The notes under the pieces were generated by a model, which saw nothing but the letters and a program-made list of their open reading frames with translations, made no database searches and was not told the DNA's origin. Source: an uncultured Rhodobacterales bacterium (lineage in GTDB: Bacteria > Pseudomonadota > Alphaproteobacteria > Rhodobacterales > Rhodobacteraceae). Taken from it: a stretch of DNA of 64,000 nt. Position numbers and translations under genes: made by a program. Numbering within the stretch: position 1 is the stretch's first letter; every line of letters starts with the position of its first letter. Shown here piece by piece: positions 58,471-64,000 of this stretch. Where the stretch lies: the NCBI GenBank assembly GCA_963976475.1, contig CAXBKX010000016.1, positions 2,263-66,262 on the forward strand. Reading direction: 5' to 3'.

Positions 58471-59821
58471 CGAAATGATGCGCGATCGATCCGGCATAGT
58501 AAGCCAACAGATCATCTTCACCCGCATTGACCGATATCAGGTCCGCAGATTCGGACAACACGCCGCGCGCCAACAAATCAGCAACCGCTTCTTTTACCAC
58601 CATTTCCGGCCCGCGCCTCGGGGCCGGAATCCCGCGCGCTACCAGTTCCTCTTTCAACTGGGCCACCCGCGCAACCAGCGCCTCGCGGCTGATCGGCCCT
58701 TCCAGCAACAGCACTCGGCTGACCAATGGCACCGAAAGAACAGGAATCACATCGCGTATCCGCGACATCAATTCGCGCGCCACCTCATCGGTGAAATCGC
58801 CCTGCCTGCCATCCAGAAATGCCGCCAAATTCAACGGCGTGCCAAAGCTGACAGCCGCGGTGCCAAACTTGTGAAACCGCCCCGTCACCCGCGCCCACAT
58901 ATGCCTGATCGTCACCGAGGCGACCTGCGAAAACGGCGGACGAAAACGGCGCACACCCGTCTTATTTGCCTTGATCAAAAACCGGTCTTCCAACACGCGG
59001 TCATAATTCAATGCAACAGGCACAAAAATCACGTCGCGACCATCGGGGCTGAAATCCGAAACGATATAATTCAACAGGCCCAGTTTCGGCTCTGCCGTGG
59101 CCCCGGTCACGCTCAAACGGCCCTCGGGAAACACCGCCTGGCTCACGCCTCCGGCGGTTGCCATCTGCACGTAGCGCGCCAAAACCCTGCGGTATAACGC
59201 GCCGCGCGACTTGCGACGAATGAAATACGCCCCCATCATGCGGATCACACCCGACAGTGGCCAGACCCGCGCCCACTCGCCCACCGCATAAGACAGCGCC
59301 CCCGCGCGCGCCGCCAAATAGGTCACCAAGACATAATCCATGTTGCTGCGATGGTTCATCACAAAGATCACCGTTGCGTTCGGGTCCAGCTTCGACAGCC
59401 CCTCGCGGTCAAACGCGCCCAGACGGATCCGGTATAGCGAGGTCGACAACCACTCTGCCAATCGGGTGCCAACGCTGAAATAGGCAGTCGCCGAAAACGA
59501 TGGCACAATCTCGCGGGCATAGGACCGCGCTTTTTCGAAGGCGACGTTCTCTGGCACGTTTTCCTCGGCAGCATAATCGACAATCGCCTGGGTGATATCA
59601 GGGTCATAAATCAGCCGCTGGATCATGTCATAGCGCCTTGCCAACTTGAACGGCTCGATCGGGCGCTGCAACCGCGTGTTCAGCTTCGCAATCACCCGCT
59701 CGGCGCGTTTGCGGAAAAACCAGCGCACTGACGGGAACAGAAAATGCGACGCAAAGGTCACGACTGCAAAGAGCAGAATTAGCACGAAGGCCCACAGCGG
59801 CAGGGAAACAGTTTGCGTCAT
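58433..59821 (-). CDS. Glycerol-3-phosphate / phospholipid acyltransferase (PlsC-domain protein)
   Basis: NHRSNMD (HX4D), GAYFIRR, FPEGRLS, FVPVALNYD. Confidence 0.88.
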   Translation of the reverse strand: MTQTVSLPLWAFVLILLFAVVTFASHFLFPSVRWFFRKRAERVIAKLNTRLQRPIEPFKLARRYDMIQRLIYDPDITQAIVDYAAEENVPENVAFEKARSYAREIVPSFSATAYFSVGTRLAEWLSTSLYRIRLGAFDREGLSKLDPNATVIFVMNHRSNMDYVLVTYLAARAGALSYAVGEWARVWPLSGVIRMMGAYFIRRKSRGALYRRVLARYVQMATAGGVSQAVFPEGRLSVTGATAEPKLGLLNYIVSDFSPDGRDVIFVPVALNYDRVLEDRFLIKANKTGVRRFRPPFSQVASVTIRHMWARVTGRFHKFGTAAVSFGTPLNLAAFLDGRQGDFTDEVARELMSRIRDVIPVLSVPLVSRVLLLEGPISREALVARVAQLKEELVARGIPAPRRGPEMVVKEAVADLLARGVLSESADLISVNAGEDDLLAYYAGSIAHHFDADAAEISAVAE

Positions 59822-59959
59822 TGCGCGACCCTGACAGGGATGCGCGCAGAGGTAAATCCCGTCATGCCGCAATGCGGCGAATTGACAGCGCCACAAAATA
59901 TCCGATACTACCCGTCAAAACGCAATTATGTTTCGTCAACGCAAGCAAGGAGCCGCCCC

Positions 59960-61927
59960 ATGTCGCACCCGCAGAAAGACCGCCCCTGGCTGTTTCGCAC
60001 CTACGCGGGCCACTCGACAGCCTCCGCCTCCAACGCGCTATATCGCGGCAACCTCGCCAAGGGTCAAACCGGTCTTTCCGTCGCTTTTGATCTGCCAACC
60101 CAAACCGGCTACGACAGTGACCACATCCTTGCCCGCGGTGAAGTCGGCAAAGTCGGCGTGCCCGTCAGCCACTTGGGCGATATGCGCGCATTGTTCAAAG
60201 ATATCCCGCTGGAGCAAATGAACACCTCGATGACGATCAATGCCACCGCCCCTTGGCTGTTGTCGCTCTACATCGCCGTGGCCGAGGAACAGGGCGCAGA
60301 CGTTACCGCCCTGCAAGGCACCGTGCAAAACGACATCATCAAGGAATACCTGTCGCGCGGCACCTATATTTGCCCGCCAGAGCCATCCTTGCGCATGATC
60401 ACCGACGTCGCCGCCTATACCCGCCAACATCTGCCCAAATGGAACCCGATGAACGTGTGCAGCTACCACCTGCAAGAGGCCGGTGCGACACCCGAAGAAG
60501 AACTCGCCTTTGCGCTGGCCACCGCCTGCGCTGTGCTTGACGACCTGCGCGGCAAAGTCCCGCGCGAAAACTTCCCCGAGATGGTCGGACGCATTTCCTT
60601 TTTCGTCAACGCCGGCATCCGCTTCGTGACCGAACTGTGCAAAATGCGCGCCTTTGTCGAGCTATGGGACGAAATCTGCGCCACGCGCTATGGCGTGACC
60701 GACGCCAAATACCGCCGCTTCCGCTACGGCGTTCAGGTCAACTCGCTTGGCCTGACCGAACAACAACCCGAAAACAACGTCTACCGCATCTTGCTCGAAA
60801 CCCTTGCCGTCACTCTGTCCAAAAACGCCCGCGCCCGCGCCGTGCAGCTGCCTGCCTGGAACGAGGCGCTCGGCCTGCCGCGCCCATGGGACCAACAATG
60901 GTCGCTGCGGATGCAACAAATCCTTGCCTATGAAACTGATCTTCTAGAATTCGACGACCTGTTCGACGGGAACCCCGCGATCGACCGCAAGGTAAATGCT
61001 CTCAAAGAAGGTGCGCGCGCGGAACTGGCGCAAATCGACGGCATGGGCGGCGCTGTCAAAGCCATCGCTTACATGAAGGGGCGGCTTGTCGACTCAAACG
61101 CTGCCCGCATCGCAGGCATTGAGGCTGGCACAACCACCGTGGTCGGCGTGAACAAATGGCAAGCAGGTGAGCCATCCCCGCTGACCGCAGGCGACGACGC
61201 GATCATGGTCGCGGGCCCCGCAGCCGAAGCCGACCAGCTTGCCCGCCTCGACGCATGGAAATCCGACCGCGACACCGCTGCCGTAAAAATCGCCCTTGCG
61301 ACCCTGCGCGAGGCGGCCAATGACGGCAGCAACATCATGCCACCCTCCATCGCTTGCGCCCGCGCAGGGGTCACCACCGGCGAATGGGCCGACGTGATCC
61401 GAAGCGTCTTTGGCCAATACCGTGCCCCCACAGGCGTCAGCAAGAACCCGTCCAACCGCACCGAAGGGCTGGACGAGTTGCGCGACCGTGTTGACCTCGT
61501 CAGCCACGCGCTTGGCCGCCGTCTGAAATTCCTCGTCGGCAAACCCGGCCTCGACGGGCACTCCAACGGCGCCGAACAAATCGCCACCCGTGCACGCGAC
61601 TGCGGCATGGATATCGCCTATGAAGGTATCCGCCTGACCCCCGATGAAATCGTCGCCGCCGCCGCCGCAGACGACGCGCATATCATCGGCCTGTCGATCC
61701 TGTCAGGTTCGCATATCCCCCTGATCGGCGAGGTCATTGCAAAACTCAACGCCGCAGGGCTTGGCCACATCCCCGTCATCGCAGGCGGCATCATCCCCGA
61801 AGCCGACGCCATCAAACTGCGCGACATGGGCGTCGCCGCCGTCTACACGCCCAAAGACTTCGAGCTGAACAAAATCATGGATGATATCATCACTCTGGTC
61901 GATCCACGCAAACTGGCTGCCGAATAA
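59960..61927 (+). CDS. ecm: Ethylmalonyl-CoA mutase (MeaA), B12-dependent
   Basis: DRPWLFRTYAGHS, LSVAFDLPTQTGYD, MTINATA, C-terminal B12 domain GKPGLDGHSNGAEQI; adjacent to ccrA. Confidence 0.93.
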   Translation: MSHPQKDRPWLFRTYAGHSTASASNALYRGNLAKGQTGLSVAFDLPTQTGYDSDHILARGEVGKVGVPVSHLGDMRALFKDIPLEQMNTSMTINATAPWLLSLYIAVAEEQGADVTALQGTVQNDIIKEYLSRGTYICPPEPSLRMITDVAAYTRQHLPKWNPMNVCSYHLQEAGATPEEELAFALATACAVLDDLRGKVPRENFPEMVGRISFFVNAGIRFVTELCKMRAFVELWDEICATRYGVTDAKYRRFRYGVQVNSLGLTEQQPENNVYRILLETLAVTLSKNARARAVQLPAWNEALGLPRPWDQQWSLRMQQILAYETDLLEFDDLFDGNPAIDRKVNALKEGARAELAQIDGMGGAVKAIAYMKGRLVDSNAARIAGIEAGTTTVVGVNKWQAGEPSPLTAGDDAIMVAGPAAEADQLARLDAWKSDRDTAAVKIALATLREAANDGSNIMPPSIACARAGVTTGEWADVIRSVFGQYRAPTGVSKNPSNRTEGLDELRDRVDLVSHALGRRLKFLVGKPGLDGHSNGAEQIATRARDCGMDIAYEGIRLTPDEIVAAAAADDAHIIGLSILSGSHIPLIGEVIAKLNAAGLGHIPVIAGGIIPEADAIKLRDMGVAAVYTPKDFELNKIMDDIITLVDPRKLAAE

Positions 61928-62035
61928 CCATAACTGACCGCAATATCCGGACCAAACGCAGGATCGGCTTGCAAACGCCCCACGCCACATAATCGTGACG
62001 CCATCACGCATGGCCTCATTTAATTCTGCCCTCAT

Positions 62036-62551
62036 CTAATTCTGCAATGCTTCGATCAGCGCCTCAAAAGTATAACTCTGCGCCACATCTCCCTTCGCAC
62101 CCTTGCGAAACCGGTCGGCCACAGGCAAACAGGCCACGCCGCAAACCTGACGGGCCACCATCACTTGGGTGTCAATAAACCACAGCCGCCCACCGGGCGT
62201 CGACACATAGCCATTCATGTAAAACTGCCTGTCGCCCTCCATATCGATATCGCTCGGGATCTCGTTGAAATAGCCGCGGTCAAAATCGCCGTGGGTATGA
62301 TATGATGCGGTAATCGCCAGATTGCGCGGAAACGGGGCGGCACAGCTATCTTTTGTGCCCATAACCGGTGGGCTCGCAATCATCACCCCTTGGGCGTCAT
62401 AACCGATATAGCCGCAATATTCGCGCTTCTTCTCGAATGAGACCGGCTGCAAACGGGTCAAAACCTCTCTTGCAATGCGCAACTCTCCGGCGTCCTGTGC
62501 CGCAACAGCGACCGGACCGGCAAGCACAGCCACCAAAACCACAATACGCAA
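62036..62551 (-). CDS. DUF4329 family secreted protein (JAB-like)
   Basis: REYCGYIG, ASYHTHG, PSDIDMEGD, GYVSTPGGRLW; TTG start after GGAGAGG. Confidence 0.8.
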   Translation of the reverse strand: MRIVVLVAVLAGPVAVAAQDAGELRIAREVLTRLQPVSFEKKREYCGYIGYDAQGVMIASPPVMGTKDSCAAPFPRNLAITASYHTHGDFDRGYFNEIPSDIDMEGDRQFYMNGYVSTPGGRLWFIDTQVMVARQVCGVACLPVADRFRKGAKGDVAQSYTFEALIEALQN

Positions 62552-62614
62552 TTGCCTCTCCAAATCCGCTCAACGCCCCGCTAGACTAGCGCGCAACAGC
62601 AAAGGAAGCCAACC

Positions 62615-63322
62615 ATGACCATTCACATCGGCGCCAAATCCGGCGACATCGCCCCCACCGTCCTGATGCCGGGCGACCCCTACCGCGCCAAATGGGCGGC
62701 AGAATCCTATCTGGACACCCCGCGCCTTGTGAATGACGTGCGCGGCATGTTGGGCTACACTGGCACTTGGCGTGGCAACCCGGTGACCATTCAGGGGTCG
62801 GGCATGGGTATGGCCTCCATCTCGATCTACGCCAACGAACTGATCAAGGATTACAACGCGCAAACCCTGATCCGGATCGGCTCTTGCGGCGCGATGCAGG
62901 AGAATATTGCCCTGCGCGACGTTATTCTGGGCATGACCGCGACCAGCCTCTCGACCCCGTCTCGCGGTATTTTCAAAGAGATCAACTTTGCACCCTGCGC
63001 CGACTATTCCCTGCTGGCCGCGGCCGATGACGCCGCCCGCGCCAAAGGTATCACGCCACATGTCGGTGGCATCTATTCCTCGGATGTCTTCTATGACGAA
63101 CGCCCCGACCTGAACGCGCAAATGACACGGCACGGCATCTTGGGCGTCGAAATGGAAGCGGCAGAACTCTACATCCTTGCTGCGCGCTACGGGCGGCGGG
63201 CACTGGCGCTTTTAACCGTTTCGGATCACCTGCTCACCCACGCGACCCTCACCTCGTCCGAGCGTGAAACCGGCTTTGGCAATATGGTCGAAATCGCCCT
63301 TGCCGCCGCATTTCCCAGCTAG
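62615..63322 (+). CDS. deoD: Purine nucleoside phosphorylase DeoD type
   Basis: [41 protein letters not shown]. Confidence 0.96.
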   Translation: MTIHIGAKSGDIAPTVLMPGDPYRAKWAAESYLDTPRLVNDVRGMLGYTGTWRGNPVTIQGSGMGMASISIYANELIKDYNAQTLIRIGSCGAMQENIALRDVILGMTATSLSTPSRGIFKEINFAPCADYSLLAAADDAARAKGITPHVGGIYSSDVFYDERPDLNAQMTRHGILGVEMEAAELYILAARYGRRALALLTVSDHLLTHATLTSSERETGFGNMVEIALAAAFPS

Positions 63323-64000
63323 CGACCATGGGTGCGATCATAGGCATTGACCTGCGGTTGCACCCAGTCATCCAAAGCACCCGCCTCGGGGGCAAAAACC
63401 TGCATCTTCAACGGATGACACGCCGCCGCGTCGCTGGAATGCTCGGCACTACAATCCCCACCCGGACAGGCACTCAACACCGCCACAAGATCAATCTCGG
63501 CAAATAACTCCAGATAATCACCCACCCGCACAGGGCTGGCTTTCATAAAATACTGGCCGGTATCGCGGGTAAATCCGGTGCACATAAACAGGTTCATCAC
63601 ATCATGCACATGGGCCTCGGCCTGCGCCAACGACAACCCCGCATACTCCGCCAAGGCGCGGGTCAGGTTGGAATGACAACAATGGTGGTAATCACCGCCC
63701 GACAATAACTTGCCCGTATAAGGATCACAGCGCGTGCCAATCACATCATGCACAGAGCCACCAAAGCCGTCGATGCCATACCATGCCAATGTATCCTCAA
63801 ACACCGTGGCCATCGGGCGCAAATACGGAAAACTCGACCACAAACGATCACCGGTGGTGACATGCGTGCCATGCAGCGCGCGGGTTTTACCCGCATAAAA
63901 CCGCTCCGCCAGATCACCCTTGGCAAACAGGTTCAAATCTCCAACCTGCGGCCCATCCACGGCACTCATGCGCAAAAAGCACCCCGCAGGCACCTCGATC
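63319..64000 (-). CDS. Urea carboxylase-associated (DUF1989) family protein, 5' truncated by window edge
   Basis: [41 protein letters not shown]; frame stays open past 64000. Confidence 0.88.
   Translation of the reverse strand, partial: IEVPAGCFLRMSAVDGPQVGDLNLFAKGDLAERFYAGKTRALHGTHVTTGDRLWSSFPYLRPMATVFEDTLAWYGIDGFGGSVHDVIGTRCDPYTGKLLSGGDYHHCCHSNLTRALAEYAGLSLAQAEAHVHDVMNLFMCTGFTRDTGQYFMKASPVRVGDYLELFAEIDLVAVLSACPGGDCSAEHSSDAAACHPLKMQVFAPEAGALDDWVQPQVNAYDRTHGR

Noticed and set aside
61703-62035. 110-aa minus-strand ORF following the DUF4329 gene
   Set aside because: Mostly antisense to the ecm 3' end, with no family motif and no good RBS
1-64000. CRISPR arrays, rRNA, tRNA, integrase or transposase genes
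   Set aside because: No regularly spaced repeats, cloverleaf signatures or DDE/tyrosine recombinase motifs were seen

Overview
A 64-kb segment of alphaproteobacterial chromosome, assigned to the roseobacter group (Rhodobacteraceae) from gene content and order. Most of it is conserved housekeeping backbone: nadK-glyA, panC-panB, dcp, moeB-dut-coaBC-rpoH2, comM, gshB-yraN-rsmI, glnD-murJ, trpS, nfuA-tsaB, a nucleoside ABC transporter, luxR-luxI, ccrA, ecm and deoD. I found no rRNA, tRNA, CRISPR array or intact mobile element. Five things stand out. (1) The first ~8.7 kb is a compositionally distinct block with two GcvT-type oxidoreductase / non-pyrrolysine MttB methyltransferase modules and two regulators. 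(2) A small-gene-luxR-luxI quorum-sensing cassette carries two perfect CtrA boxes, and similar sites precede comM. (3) The GST gene is frameshifted. (4) Two small lipoprotein genes fall below the ORF-track cutoff. (5) There are recognisable RutR-, RpoE- and PhaR-like motifs. All product calls come from recognising motifs by eye; no database search was run.
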